A DNA stretch of 58,301 nt. It comes from Leucoraja erinacea (lineage: Eukaryota). Each line of letters begins with the position of its first letter. Position 1 is the stretch's first letter. Position numbers and translations under genes: made by a program. Location of the stretch: contig NW_026575257.1 of assembly GCF_028641065.1 (NCBI RefSeq), positions 1-58,301 on the forward strand, read 5' to 3'. This document shows, in pieces, positions 24,432 through 37,339 of the stretch. Below the pieces are notes generated by a model that saw only the letters and a list, made by a program, of their open reading frames with translations, ran no database searches and was not told where the DNA came from.

Positions 24432-24825
24432 AAAGGTAGACAAAAAATGGTGGAGAGACTCAGCGGGTGAGGCAGCATCTACGGAGAGAAGGAATGGGTA
24501 AAGTTTCGGGTCGAGAATCAGAAGAAACGTCGCCTATTCCTTCTTTCCATAGATGCTGCCTCACTCGCTGAATTTCTCCAGCATGTTTTCCTTCTTTGCA
24601 GGCAGCTATTACGTGATTCCATAATGTTTTGTCTTTAATAATTTTGTCTTTAATTTGTGTATTGGTGATGTCTTTATTATTTATTTTATTCCGATTATAT
24701 GTGTTTTACTCTTGTTAAATTATGTAAGGTGTCCTTGAGTCTTTTGAAAGGCGCCCACAAATAAAATGTATTATTATTATTATTATTACCTTCGATTTTT
24801 CCAGCATCTGCTGTTCTTTCTTAGC
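24432..24825. repeat. Palindromic Penelope-derived element carrying a nested LINE 3' tail (~24594-24788)
   Basis: Inverted arms centred at ~24515. The insert ends CCTTGAGTCTTTTGAAAGGCGCCCACAAATAAA-(TAT)n, resembling an L2-type 3' end. Confidence 0.65.
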
Positions 24826-24936
24826 CATAACTGCCAGCAATATTGGGCGTTTAGTAAAATAGAGACTACATTATTATATTATAGAATATAGAGATAATTG
24901 TGAGCTATGATTCACATTCTATACACTTCCTATTCT

Positions 24937-24944
24937 ATTTGCAT
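24937..24944 (-). promoter_or_regulatory. POU octamer ATGCAAAT upstream of copy 3
   Basis: Perfect octamer in the homologous upstream block. Confidence 0.4.
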
Positions 24945-24987
24945 TCTAATTTCCCTGCAGAAAAGTAACGTTGAATTATCTAATTAT

Positions 24988-25078
24988 CAAACATACAGCA
25001 CCCGTAGTCGGGATCGAACCCGGGCCACCTACATTCGCTGGAAGGCAGCAATTCTACCGCTGCGCTACCGTTCCGCCC
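24988..25078 (-). mobile_element. tRNA-derived SINE head (V-SINE/HE1 type)
   Basis: GGCGGAACGGTAGCGCAGCGGTAGAATTGCTGCC...GGGTTCGATCCCGACTACGGGTGCTG, with Pol III A and B boxes. Confidence 0.8.
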
Positions 25079-26689
25079 TGTGTCATCCAATCCTTTTGCA
25101 CCGAATAAGGCCCAATCCATATTCGGAAAGTTACAGTCACCCTCTGCAACAATAAGAGGTCGTGTATCCTTCTGTAATCTGTCCACATGGCTGTTCCTCT
25201 ACCAATGTAGGTTTGCCACTTTCAGATGTCCGTAGACCTTCACATAATGACCCTCTGTTGCTCAATATTATCTCGGACCACCCTTTGCTATAAAACACGT
25301 AACACAGGGGAATATGGTACAGGACAAGTCCCTTCCACCCCAACTGTCCAACATGATGGCAGCATAAGCCAATCTCGTGTTCCTGAACATGATCCATACC
25401 TCCCCATTCCTTGAATATCCATGTGCTTATACAAAAGCAACTTTCATCCCACGTCGCCATCTATCTCCACCATCACCTCGAGCACCCACCACTCTCAGGA
25501 GTAACTTGTCATTTGTTTATTGTTTGGAAAACTATGGCCAATTGTGTGTGAGAAGGATCAGGACTGGCGCCCGTATTGTTGTTATGCTTTGCATATGAGT
25601 GCAGGGGGATATGATCAGTAAGTCTACAGGTTCCTACAAAAATAACGCTATGGTTCACAATGAGGAAATAATTATAGGTTGCAGGATGATATTGATCACT
25701 TGGGGAAATGGCTGAACAAGGGCAGGTGGAAGATAATGCTGACAATGTTTAGGTGATGTACTTTGGAAGGACTAAAAGGCGCAGGTCGTTCACAATTTGC
25801 AGCTTTCCGTATTGTTATGGTACAGAGACTATGGGGAGGCATTGGAGAGGGTGCAGGCGAGGGTTACCCGAATTCTGCCCGGATCAGCGGTTATGAGCTA
25901 TGAGGTTTGACGGAGTTGTCTCTTTAAACTGTATCCCAAATCTCACTATCATCTGGGACCCACTTGCGCTCTGATTGACAGCTCATAATGGCGGACAGAA
26001 AGATTCGGCTCAACGAGCAGTCTTGAATTTATCAAACAAGTGCGTTATTTCACGGCCTATACATACTGCGAAACACTGAGAGCATCAGGCGTGTATAATG
26101 ATTCAAATCACCTATAGATTGTATATGACCGTTGACACAATGGTTACACGCGGATTGTTTACAATAATGAATCAGTGATCAATGTATTCCGGTAATGTTT
26201 CTGTATTGACAGCTTCCACCGCTCCAGCGTAATCTGTAATCTTTCCTAGAGTCATCTATGGTCTTCGAAAATAACCCAGTGCCATTTTTTCATAGAAAAT
26301 TCTGCATCCACCATTCGAAGTATTTAAGCTTCGTCTTCCAACGTTTTGAACTGTCATTGTGCGATCGAGTCGATGTATTTCCGTAAGGTTGTGGCCTCTA
26401 TAAAGTGTCCATCATATGCCGGGGGCGGATGCGGAGGTACTGTAGCACATAACTAGTGTGAATTGGTTATCGATTGCGTGGACTCGGCGGTGTCGTTGAT
26501 ATGCTACATATTTCAACCAACACTCCTCTCTCTCAGACCGTTTTATATAACTTCCCTATCACTGATACTAGAATTATCCGCGCTATTGCACTTCCATTAC
26601 GATATCACATTTGCCATTCTCCAGTTATCGTGAGCATTGACAGCGCCAAAGAAACCATGAACATGGCTATCAGGTTCCCAAGGAAAGGG

Positions 26690-28680
26690 ATCCGTTAATC
26701 CCTACTCTTTGCTTCCTGTCTGCCAACCACTTCACGATCCATGTCAGCACTCTACCCCCAATACGACGTGCCCACTAATCTCCTATGTGGGAACTTATCA
26801 AATGCTTTCTGAAAGTCCCGGTGCACTACATTCACTGGCTCACCCATGTCCATTTACCTAGTTACATCTTCAAAAAATTACAGAAGATTAGTCAAGCATT
26901 ATTTCCCCTTCGTAAATCCACGCTGACTCGGACCGATCATGTTACTGCAATCTAAATGTGCGGCTATTTCATCTTTATAATTGAATCCAGCATCTTCCCC
27001 GCCACCGATGTCAGGCTAACTGGTCTATAATTCCCCGTTTTCTCTCTCCCGCCTTTCTTAAAAAGTGGAATAACATTAGCTACACCCCATCCCCAGGAAC
27101 TGATCCTGAGTCTATAGAACATTGGAAAATTCTCACAAATGCATCCACGATTTCTAGAGCCACATCCTTAAGTACCCTGGGATGCAGACCATCCGGCCCC
27201 GGTGATTTATCAGCCTTCAGTCCCATCAGTCTATCCAACACCATTTCCTGCCTAACGTGGATTTCCTTCAGTTATTCTGGTACCCCAGATCCTCTGGCCA
27301 CTATTATATCAGGAAAACATAGAAACATAGAAAATAGGTGCAGGATTAGGCCATTCAGCCCTTCGAGCCTGCACCGCCATTCAATATGATCATGGCTGAT
27401 CATCCCACTCAGTATCCCGTACCTGCCTTCTTTCCATACCCCCTGATCCCTTTAGTCACAAGGGCCACATCTAACTCCATCTTAAATATAGCCAATGATC
27501 TGGCCTAAACTACCTTCTGTGGCAGAGAATTCCAGAGATTCACCACTCTGTGTGTGATTGTTTGTGTCCTTCTTATTGAAGACGGATCCAAAGTAGCTGT
27601 TGAACTCATCTGCCATTTCCTTGTTCCCCATAATAAATTCACGTTTTTCCATCTTCAAGGGTCCAACTTTGGTCTTAACTAATTGTTGCCTCTTCACATA
27701 CCTAAAGAAGCTTTTACTATCCTGCTTTACATTCTTGGCTAGCTTACCCTCGTACCTCATCTTTTCTCCCCGTATTGTCTTTTTGGTTTTCTTCTGTTGC
27801 TGTTTAAACATTACCCAATCCTTCCCGCTCATCTTTGCTACGTTGTACTTCTTTGTTTTAATTTTTATACTGTCCCTGACGTTCCTTGTCAGCTATGGTC
27901 GTCCCTTTCTCCACTTAGAATCTTTCTTCCTCCTAGGAATGAACTGATCCTGCACCTTCTGTATTATTCCTAGAAATACCTGTCATTTTTGTTCCACTGT
28001 CATCCCTGCTAGTGTATCTTTCCATTCAACTTTGTCCAGCTCCTCCCTCATGGCCCCATAGTCTCCTTTATTCAACTGCAACATCGACACCTCCGATCTC
28101 CCTTCTCCCTCTCCAATTGTACGTTAAACCTGACCATGTTATGGTCACTGCCTCTTAATGGCTCATTAACTTCGAGGTCCTTTATCAAATCCGGTTCATT
28201 ACATAACATTAAATGCAGAATTGCCTTCTCCCTGGTAGGCTCCAATACAAGCTGTTCTAAGAATCCATCATGAAGGCACTCTACAAAGTCCCTTTCTTGG
28301 GGTCCAGTACTAACCTGATTTTCCCAGTCTACCTGCATGTTGAAATCTCCCATAACAACCACAACATTACTTTTACTACATGCCAATTTTAACTCCTGAT
28401 TCCACTTGCGCTCTATGTCCAGGCAACTGTTTTGGGGGCTGTAGATTAGTCCCATTAAGGTATTTTTGCCCTTACTATTCCTTAGTTCTATCCATACTGA
28501 CTACACATCTCCTGTTTCAATGTCACCCCTTGCAAGGGACAGCATTTCATTCCTCACCAACAGGGCAACCGCACCCCCTCTGCCCATCAGTCTATCTTTT
28601 CGATAGGATGTAGACCCGTGAATATTCAGTTCCCAGCCCTGGCCCTCTTGCAGCCACGTCTCCGTAATTCCTACATGCCA
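26690..28680 (-). mobile_element. CR1 LINE internal fragment (APE endonuclease to RT N-terminus) with a nested CR1 3' end at ~27315-27555
   Basis: GITETWL, VVMGDFN, SDHNMV and NVKQDSKSFFRY in ORFs 28501..28752, 28072..28455 and 27482..27832. Confidence 0.85.
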
Positions 28681-28684
28681 GGCT

Positions 28685-29222
28685 GCTGTGGAACGTTGGA
28701 TCGCATGGTTATCCAAGAAGGTATAGCTGAATGGATAGCAAATTTGCCACATAGAAGGGAAGATAGTGATGGTGGAAGGTTGCTTCTCAGGCGGGAGGAC
28801 AGTGGCTAGTGGTGTGCCTCATGGTTCGGTGCCGGGACAGTTACTCTTTGTCATCTACTACAATGATTTAGATGAGAAGATACAGGGCAAGGATAGCAAG
28901 TTTGTGGATGATATAAAAGTGGATAGTTTTGCAGATAGTGAATATGGTTGTGAAAGTTTGCAGCAAGATCGGGATCGATTGGCCAGGTGGGCTGAGGAAT
29001 GATTGATGCAATTTAATACAGAGAAGTGTGAGGTGTTGCATTTTGGGACGTCTAACAAGAGCAGGAATTACACAGCGAATGGTCGGCCTCTGATAAGTGT
29101 TGTGGAGCAGGGGGATCTAGGAGTGCAGGTGCATGGTTCCTTGAAGGTCGAGTTGCACGTCGATCAGGTGGTCACAAAGGTTTTGGCATGTTGCATTTCA
29201 TCAGGCACAGTATTGAATATAG
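28685..29222 (+). mobile_element. CR1 RT fragment
   Basis: SGVPHGSVPGQLLF...KFVDD...FNTEKCEVLHFG. Confidence 0.8.
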
Positions 29223-30747
29223 AAACATAGAAACATAGAAACATAGAAAATGGGTGCAGGATTAGGCCATTCGGCCCTTCGAGCCTGCGCCGCCATTCAA
29301 TATGATCATGGCTGATCATCCAACTCAGTATCCCGTACCTGCCTTCTCTCCATACCCCCTGACCCCTTTAGCCACAAGGGTTACATCTAACTCCCTCTTA
29401 AATATAGCCAATGAACTGGCCTCAACTACCTTCTGTGACAGAGAATTCCAGAGATTCACCACTCTCTGTGTAAAAAATGATTTTCTCATCTCGGTCCTAA
29501 AAGACTTCCCTCTTATCCTTAAACTGTGACCCCCTAGTTCTGAACATCCCCAACATCGGGAATAATCTTCCTGCATCTAGCCGGTCGCACCCCCCTTAAG
29601 AATTTTGAAAATATCTATAAGATCCCCCCTCAATCATCTAAATTCTACCGTGTACAAGCCGAGTCTATCCAGGCTTACTTCATATGGAAGTCCTGCCATC
29701 CCAGGAATCAGTCTGGTGAATCTTCTCTGTACTCCCTCTATGGCAAGTATGTCTTTCCTCAGATTGGGAGACCAAAACTGTACGCAATACTCCAGGTGTG
29801 GTCTCATCAAGACCCTGTACGACTGCAGTAGAACCTCACTGCTCTTATACTCAAATCATTTTGCTATCAATGCTAACATACCATTTGTTTTCCTCACTGC
29901 CTGCAGCACCGGATGGCTACTTTCAATGACTGGTGTACCATGACACCCAGGTCTCGTTGCATCTACCCTTTTCCTAATTGACCACCATTCAGATAATAGT
30001 CTACTTTCCTGTGTTTTCCACCAAAGTGGATAACCTCACATGTATCCACATTATACTGCATCTGCCATGCATTTGCCCACTCACCCAACCTATCCAAGTC
30101 ACCTTGCAGCGTCCTAGCATCCTCCTCGCAGCTAACACTGCCCCCAGCTTCGTGTCGTCCGCAAACTTGGAGATGTTGCATTCAATTCCCTCATCCAGAT
30201 CACTAATATATATTGTAAATACCTGGGGTCCCAGCACTGAGCCTTGCGGTACCCCACTAGTCACTGCCTGCCATTCTGAAAAGGACACGTTTACTCCTAC
30301 TCTTTGCTTCCTGTCTGCCGGCCAGTTCTCTATCCACATCAATACTGAACACCCAATACCGTGTGCTTTAAGTTTGTATACAAATCTCTTATGTGGGACC
30401 TTGTCGAAAGCCTTCTGAAAGTCCAAATATAACCCATGCACTGGTTCTCCCTTATCCACTCTACTAGTTACATCCTTGAAAATTTCTATAAGATTCGTCA
30501 GACATGATTTACGTTTCATAAATCCATGCTGACTTTGGCCAATGATTTCACCACTTTCCAAATGTGCTGCTATCCCATATTTAATAAGTGACTAGCAGTT
30601 TCCCCACTACCGATGTTAGACTAACTGGTCTGTAATTCCCCGTTTTCTCTCTCGCTCCCTTTTTAAAAAGTGGGGTTACATTAGCTACCCTCCAGTCCTC
30701 AGGAACTACTACAGAATCTAAAGTGTTTTGAAAAATTATCACTAATG
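29220..30747 (-). mobile_element. 5'-truncated CR1 LINE, (TTTCTATG)n tail
   Basis: [52 protein letters not shown]. Confidence 0.9.
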
Positions 30748-31130
30748 CAGAAGTTGCGAGGTCATGTTGCAGTTGTATGTTCGTTGATGAGACCGCATTT
30801 AGAATAGTGTGTTCAGGTCTCGGCACCGCTATAGGAAAGATGTTGTCTAACTTGAAGGTGAAGGGAAAATATTTAATGGGAATGTGACAGGTAACCTTTT
30901 CACACAAAGTGTGTTGGGTGTTTGGAACAAACTGCGAGATGAGGTAGCTGAGGCTGGTTCTATTCCAGCATTTATGAACAAGTTAGTCAGATACATGGAT
31001 AGGCCAGGTTTGCAGGGACATGGATCAAGCGCAGGAAGGTGGAGGTATTGTAGCTGGGACATGTTGGCCGGTGTGGTAAAGTTGGAACGTAGGGCCTGTT
31101 TCCACACTGTTTCACTCTATGACTCTCTAC
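30748..31130 (+). mobile_element. Degenerate CR1 3' fragment
   Basis: GNLFTQSVLGVWNKL and the 3'UTR motif AGGGCCTGTTTCCACACTGT. Confidence 0.65.
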
Positions 31131-32287
31131 GATAAGCAGCGACGGACTATGTGGTGGTGGCCGGTGGCGGCGACATCTTGGTGGAACCGGCGGATGAGTG
31201 AGACTAGATCTATGTTATCCTACTGCGTCGCCCAATCCCTAAACACCAGGAACAATGTCCACACGTCAATATCCTACAAAACTCACACATCTATGGAATG
31301 TGAGGTAAAACCGGCATGCAGATAACATTCAGACGGCACTGCATGTTAGAATCAAACACGGGCATCTGGCGCCGTGAGCCAACAACTCTACCACCGCGCC
31401 ACCAAATGTCGCCTTGACCTTTCGTAAGAATAAAATTGGTTAATTGCGAGCATGCTGTATGTCAGGACGTTACTGTATCTGAGAAGGGTCCCGACCCCTA
31501 ACGTCACCTATTTATAGATATTTAAAAAATGCTGGATCAACCCAGCTGATCGGCAGCATCTCTTGCGAACACGAATAGGCGACTTTTCGGTTCCGAAACC
31601 TTGTTCAGTTTGATGAAGCTTTCCGTTCAGAAATGTCAACTATCTATGTTGTCGAGAGATCTTGCCTGACCTGGTGAATTTCTTCAACATCTTCGGTATA
31701 AAACATCTACCGTAGTTCCTTGTTATTACGTCAGCTATCTATCTTCCCCACATACGCTGCTTGACCCGCAGACGCAGCCCAGCATATTGTGCAATCTTTA
31801 CGTAAACAAACATCTGCAGGTACTTGGGTTAAATTACAATGAATTATCCGTCGCTCAATTACATGCAGATTCAATTCTAGCAAGATATATATCCTGATAA
31901 TTACTATTCTGTGTTACGTGTTGCAGTTGACAAACAATGCCATCATTCTGCAAAACTGCCTATTAATAATGTACCTGCAGGCTCCTCCTTGCGATCCTGC
32001 CGACTGATCCTGTGTGGTTTCCCATGTTCTCCCTGCCTCCGCGGGGATTTATCTCGTGGCCAGCTGATCCATTCCACGTCCTAACGGCTCAATTAGTTGA
32101 CTGAGTAAATTGCCTCAGTCATTTGAGTTCAATTCAAATGGATGTGTTGAAAGTGTACGAAGGAACAGTAGATACTGGTTTAAATGCAAGATAGACATAA
32201 AAAGCTGTAATAACTCAGCGGGACTTGCAGCATCTGTGGAGATAAGGAATGGGTGGCGTTTCGGGTTGAGACACTTCTTCATACAGG

Positions 32288-33306
32288 TAGCAATGTTATA
32301 ACATTTTGAGATTTAAAAAATCAAGTCTGCAATTTATCCCATCGGGTAAAGCATAACAATAAGTTTAATTTGACACCTAATTCACTTTAAAAGGTTATGG
32401 CCATTTTCATACTCGGAAATTAGCATATTGTTCCCTATTGATTTTCTATGGACATAACAAAAAAGCTGTGATCGTGGACAGTCAAAAGCCAATAACTTTC
32501 TTAAAAATTAAGAGAACTGAATGAAATTTTCAGTTATCATAGATTGAAGCATTCTGAAACAAATATGAAACAATCTTACTTGGATGACGTGAAATTAAAG
32601 CATATAATTAGTTAGTTACCCAATTGTAGCTAATTTCAAACTTCAATTACTAGATCTAAACATCTATCCATTTCTTAATAAATGATTAACATTTTTAAAT
32701 AGCCTAAGTGTCCAAATAATATTCAGATAATTCACAATAAAACATGATTTTAAATTAATTTACATTAATTTATAGGCCAAATGGAAGGAATTTAGTGTTC
32801 AATTGCTGTAAATTAAAGTCAATTTAAATCAGCGTTCTAGTGGGATCCTGTGAACGCGCTGGTTTAGAACGTTCACATTGCGGTGGATTTGTGCTCAAAT
32901 GCCCAGAAAAATACTGCGGGATATAATGGGCCCAAAATTAGCTACTCGCAACATTAAACTTTGTATAAAGGGATCTTAAGAAGCCTTTTTAAATGTAAAA
33001 ATAAACAGCCTACCTCCTGTTGTCCCCTGTATGACATCCGGCCGGTTGCAGGCGGTCACGGGTTTACAGGTTAAAATTTAAACTACTATAACAATTAGAT
33101 AAAGCCCTTAAAAGTAATAATAGCTAAAGCGACGGAATCTTCCAGCGATTTTTCGTTAATAATTAACCAGGCTGAACATCCTCGATTTGAACAGCCTAGG
33201 GAAAATCGCGTTTTAAACCCGCCCCCCTCTAAACGGCGCCAAAATCGCGCACACGGGCTGGGACAGATTTTCAGCGACGCTTCAGGTAGACTTTGCAACA
33301 TACCTA
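32288..33306. mobile_element. Non-autonomous DNA transposon (1019 bp) with imperfect TIRs and a 7-bp TSD ATACAGG
   Basis: ATACAGG at 32281-32287 and 33307-33313. Ends TAGCAATGTTATAAC versus the reverse complement of the right end TAGGTATGTTGCAAA (10/15 matches). Empty site in the paralog at ~18545. Confidence 0.72.
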
Positions 33307-33561
33307 ATACAGGGTCTCGACCCGAAACGTCACCCATTCCTTCTCTCCTTAGATGTTGCCTGCCCCGCTGGGTTAGTCCAGCTTTTTGTGTCTATCTTCG
33401 GATCCATTCAATGGGCGTGCGTAGGTGAATTGCTGAAGGGATTATCCTGATGTGGATGGTATTGAGTGGAAGGTACTAACGGCCGTTCGGACAGTAAGAT
33501 GCAATGACACAAGTTTAAAGTACACGTAATTTCGAAAGGAAATTTCAGATTTACCGTGCAA

Positions 33562-34472
33562 TTAAAGACACTTTATTGATTTGGAAATTAAAATGAATAT
33601 GCTCTTAAACACAGTTTTAAATTCCTCCCTGAATTTTGTCTGGGACACCCCATAAATAAATGTGTTGGTGCAAGCACCCAGAGCCCTCATCATGTACCCG
33701 GACAGTTCCGCAATGGTGAATGGGTCGTTGTAATCTGACCCTAAAAGATGAACGTCTAGGAAGTTTACACTCATGAAACACACGAAGGTCACCATCCACA
33801 GTAGTATGAAGTTACCGGATATGGCCAGCAATAGAATGATGGACTTCTTTCGATTCTCCACCTCCTGATCTGAACCGCTATCAGCCTTTTTATCCTGTCG
33901 GAGACCGTTCCTCACTCTATTAGCGTGTATAATGTGTTTGATTGTCAGGGCGTTGAGTAGAATAATCAGTAACATTGGTATAACTGGGGTTAGAATGGTT
34001 TCGAACACAGAAAGTGCAGCCCATATCGGTGTGGTGTAGACGTCTGATGATACCCAACAGTACCAAGCCACGTTGTCAATTATGTATAGAGGTACGAGGA
34101 AAATATATAGTGGAATATTTTGAATGATACTTAATATACACGTTACTGCTATCACCCAAGCTGCAGTTTTCTCAGTGCAATATTTAGCTCGTAAATTCTG
34201 ATTACAAATAGTGACAAATCGATCGAAGGTGAAAGTCACTGTTAGCCAGACAGAGCAATCAATGGAAATACAATTAAACAAAATACGCAGCCTACAAATG
34301 TGATATAGGTTGAGGAAGGAATGCGAAGAATTGTCAGCTGCAATTTCGGAGAGAATTACCTCGAAGATCAGAACCATTAGATCAGCTGCGGCCATGGATA
34401 CCAGGTAGCGCGTGATACATTTGGAGAGTCCACACTTTCCTCTGGAGAGAATGACGATTGCCAACAGGTTTG
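33562..34472 (-). CDS. GPR139-like class A GPCR, intact copy 4, exon 2 (end of TM1 to C-terminus)
   Basis: Uninterrupted frame after acceptor TTCTACAG|CA. Contains N1.50 (ANLL), D2.50 (AAADL), C3.25, DRF, ECL2 Cys, TM5 Pro and NTFIY. Phase-1 junction with exon 1 gives 981 nt, 326 aa. Confidence 0.92.
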
Positions 34473-34947
34473 CTGTAGAATAGACGCAATTAAATTGACC
34501 ATCTTGGATTGTTCAAGGGGCATGTTACTTTGACACTTCTTGTAACGAACGTGAGTGGATTATTTGATTCTATATCTCAGATCGAGATGTTCGGCACACA
34601 TGTCTACAGCGAGAGGAAAGGCAGTATCAATCGCAGAATGATTTCAGGATGCGCATGTGATTGCAAATGTTGCATTCAAATAACGCCTCTGTTTACCTTC
34701 ATCTCCGGCCCAATTTGCTTTACAAGACGTACAATTCTTACCACCATTTCCCCTTAAAGCAAATGGATAGCAATGGCTGCTTCCCGATAGCTCCAGCGTC
34801 CCAGGTTCGATACTGATTGCTGGAATTGTTTGTGTGGAGTTTGCACCTTCTCCATGTGTTTACGTTGGTTCAATGCCTTGCATTCCCTTCAATGCCGTGT
34901 CTTGCCTTTGAATTAAATACCATGCATTGCTATTGAATTCCATTTAG

Positions 34948-35562
34948 AATGCTGCTGGTGTCCTTCTACCGCTGCTCCATCGAGAGTGTGCTGGCGTACT
35001 GTATAACCACATGGTATGCAAGCTGCTCTGCAGCGGACAGGAGAGCCCTTCAAAGGGTCATCAACACCGCACAAAAAAATCACTGGCTGCCCACTTACCT
35101 CCCTGAAGGACAGCTTCATCTCTCGCTGCCTTGGCAGGGCAGCCAACATCCTGGAAACAACATGTTCCACCTGCTGCCCTCTGGCAGACGGTACAGGTCT
35201 TTCAAAACTCGCACAAACACTCAGAGACAGCTTCTACCCCATAGCCATACGTGAACTTAACAATGAAAAATAAGAATTAAGACTCACATTCAACTGAATG
35301 GTTCTAACTCACAAGCACCTTAAAACATCCTGAATGTACTTAACCATTTGCACTACTATATAACTGTATATAACTGTACAACACCGAATACCTCATAATG
35401 GCAAATTAGTGACAACAAATATTTGTAATTTTTTTATATGTATATAGTTTTACCTTTTCTTATATATTTAAAATTGGTCTTGTGAATCGCACCGTTGGAT
35501 TGACTTTTAAATTTCGTTGTACCATGTGCAATGACAATAAAGTGATTCATTCATTCATTCAT
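34948..35562 (+). mobile_element. Rex1/Babar LINE 3' fragment with (TTCA)n tail, in the intron of the intact GPCR
   Basis: LLVSFYRCSIESVLAYCIT...LLPSGRRYRS. Absent from the copy 2 intron. Confidence 0.85.
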
Positions 35563-36988
35563 TAATGCCTTGCTTTGCTTTCAATGCCTTGCCTTGCTTT
35601 CAAAGCCTTGCCTCGCCTCCCCTGATGTCAATGGATTGCATTCAATGCCTTGGTTTGCTTTGCCTTCAATGCATGCGATCAATGACTTGTCTTGCCTCTA
35701 ATGCATTGCCTTCGATGCCTTCCCGTGCGTTGGTCAAAGCCTTGCCAACAACGCCTGCCTTGCTTTCCATTCAATGCTTTACCGTACGGTGCTTTTGATC
35801 GATTGACTGATAGATACAGCATGATAACAGTTCCCCGGCACACCGACCCGCCGATCATTTATCACTCGTTGACACCAGTTCCATTTTCCCAACAATCGCA
35901 TCCACTCCCTGCACAGTGGAAGCAATGACAGAATCCAGTTTACCGACACGGGTTGTGTTAGAAAACTACAACTCTTGGATCTTTGGGATGCGGCGGAAAC
36001 TAGAGCTGACGGGTAAATCAACCTGGTCCCGAGGACAACGTACAAACTCCACCCGGGAAACGAGGTCAAGATCACTGCCGGTATCCGTCGCTGTGATTCA
36101 CAAACAAGAGCCCGGAGCTCCGGTGTCCTTCTACATGCGGATACTAATCCAAACACGTTGCCGGCACAGCATTGGCCTCTGGCAGAAAAGTTGGGGAAAT
36201 TTGGAAGATCATTTGATAAGCAAAATCAGCCATTGATTCCAATTGCAGTTGGATGCGACACAAACTTGATGGGCCGAACCTGCCGCCTTCTATATTGTAG
36301 GGGCTGAATTTACCTAATTCGCTGTAAGTTCACTTCTATTTGGCGATGGAGAATTACTACAGTCCTGGTTCCGTCAACACCGTCAATGGATTCAGGAACC
36401 TGTGGACCAGCTACATATTGATATCACACAACAACGGCGGGCACATGTTAATTAGTGGTCGACTGACAGAACCGGTGAATATGAGGTCATCAGCAGATGT
36501 GCCGTGGCAGGGGATCGTCTATATCTCCTTGGGATGAAAATCCATAGATTCATTGCTCATGTCTAATAACATGATGATAGCCATTTCCGATCACAGGACA
36601 TGGCACGCTCAGGGTCACTGAACATAGATCGCCAGCAGAGACCAACCCGGTCTATGTGAATCTTACACGTTCTGCATGTCCCCGTGTCAGTTTCCTCCAT
36701 GTGGTACCGATTCTTCTCTCATCCGAAATACGTGCGGGTTTGTAGGTGAACTCGGCGCCGTAAAAATGGCCCTTCGTGCGCAAGGAGTGAATGAGAAGCT
36801 TGGGATAACTTGAACTAATCTGCCTGTCTACACCGCATTGGAACTACCCGCCATAGGTGCGATTGTGTGTTTTACATTTTAGGTGTCAATAATTATGTCA
36901 GTTACTCAAGCAATAAATAATAGCACATCTATGTTTATCAGTAAAGTCTAGACGGCGATATATCGTCAGAAAAAGATCAAGGGCTTAC

Positions 36989-37058
36989 CAGGAACACCAA
37001 TAGTGACAAGGATAGGGTAGAACACGTTCTCGATCTGGTTGACGACCGGCCCGTTCAT
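36989..37058 (-). CDS. GPR139-like GPCR, intact copy 4, exon 1
   Basis: ATG at 37058 encodes MNGPVVNQIENVFYPILVTIGVP, then G|GTAAG. Same 70-nt size and phase as exon 1 of copy 1. Confidence 0.9.
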
Positions 37059-37339
37059 GATCAGAGATAAACACCGTTTCCTGCCATTGGAATGTGACAG
37101 GTCGCTTGCTTTTTAACCCTAGTAGCATATTCTCCAGAGACCCACATGGCGCCAAATCACGGCAAATTAATTGAGATTACCTTCAGTCATTTAAACAAAC
37201 AATGTTAGCCAGATCACGTTTGCTGCTGCTAATTATAGAATTGTGTAATAACTGCCAGCAGAGTTGGTTATTCTCTACAATAGGGAGTGTTATTATATTA
37301 TAGAATAGAGAGATATTTGTAAGCAATGATTCCTATTCT

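Noticed and set aside
24988-25078. tRNA gene
   Set aside because: A and B boxes are present, but I see no full cloverleaf and it continues into SINE sequence.
33562-37058. Assigning the symbol GPR139 or GPR142
   Set aside because: Family-level similarity only; multi-copy and divergent, so orthology cannot be claimed without a phylogeny.
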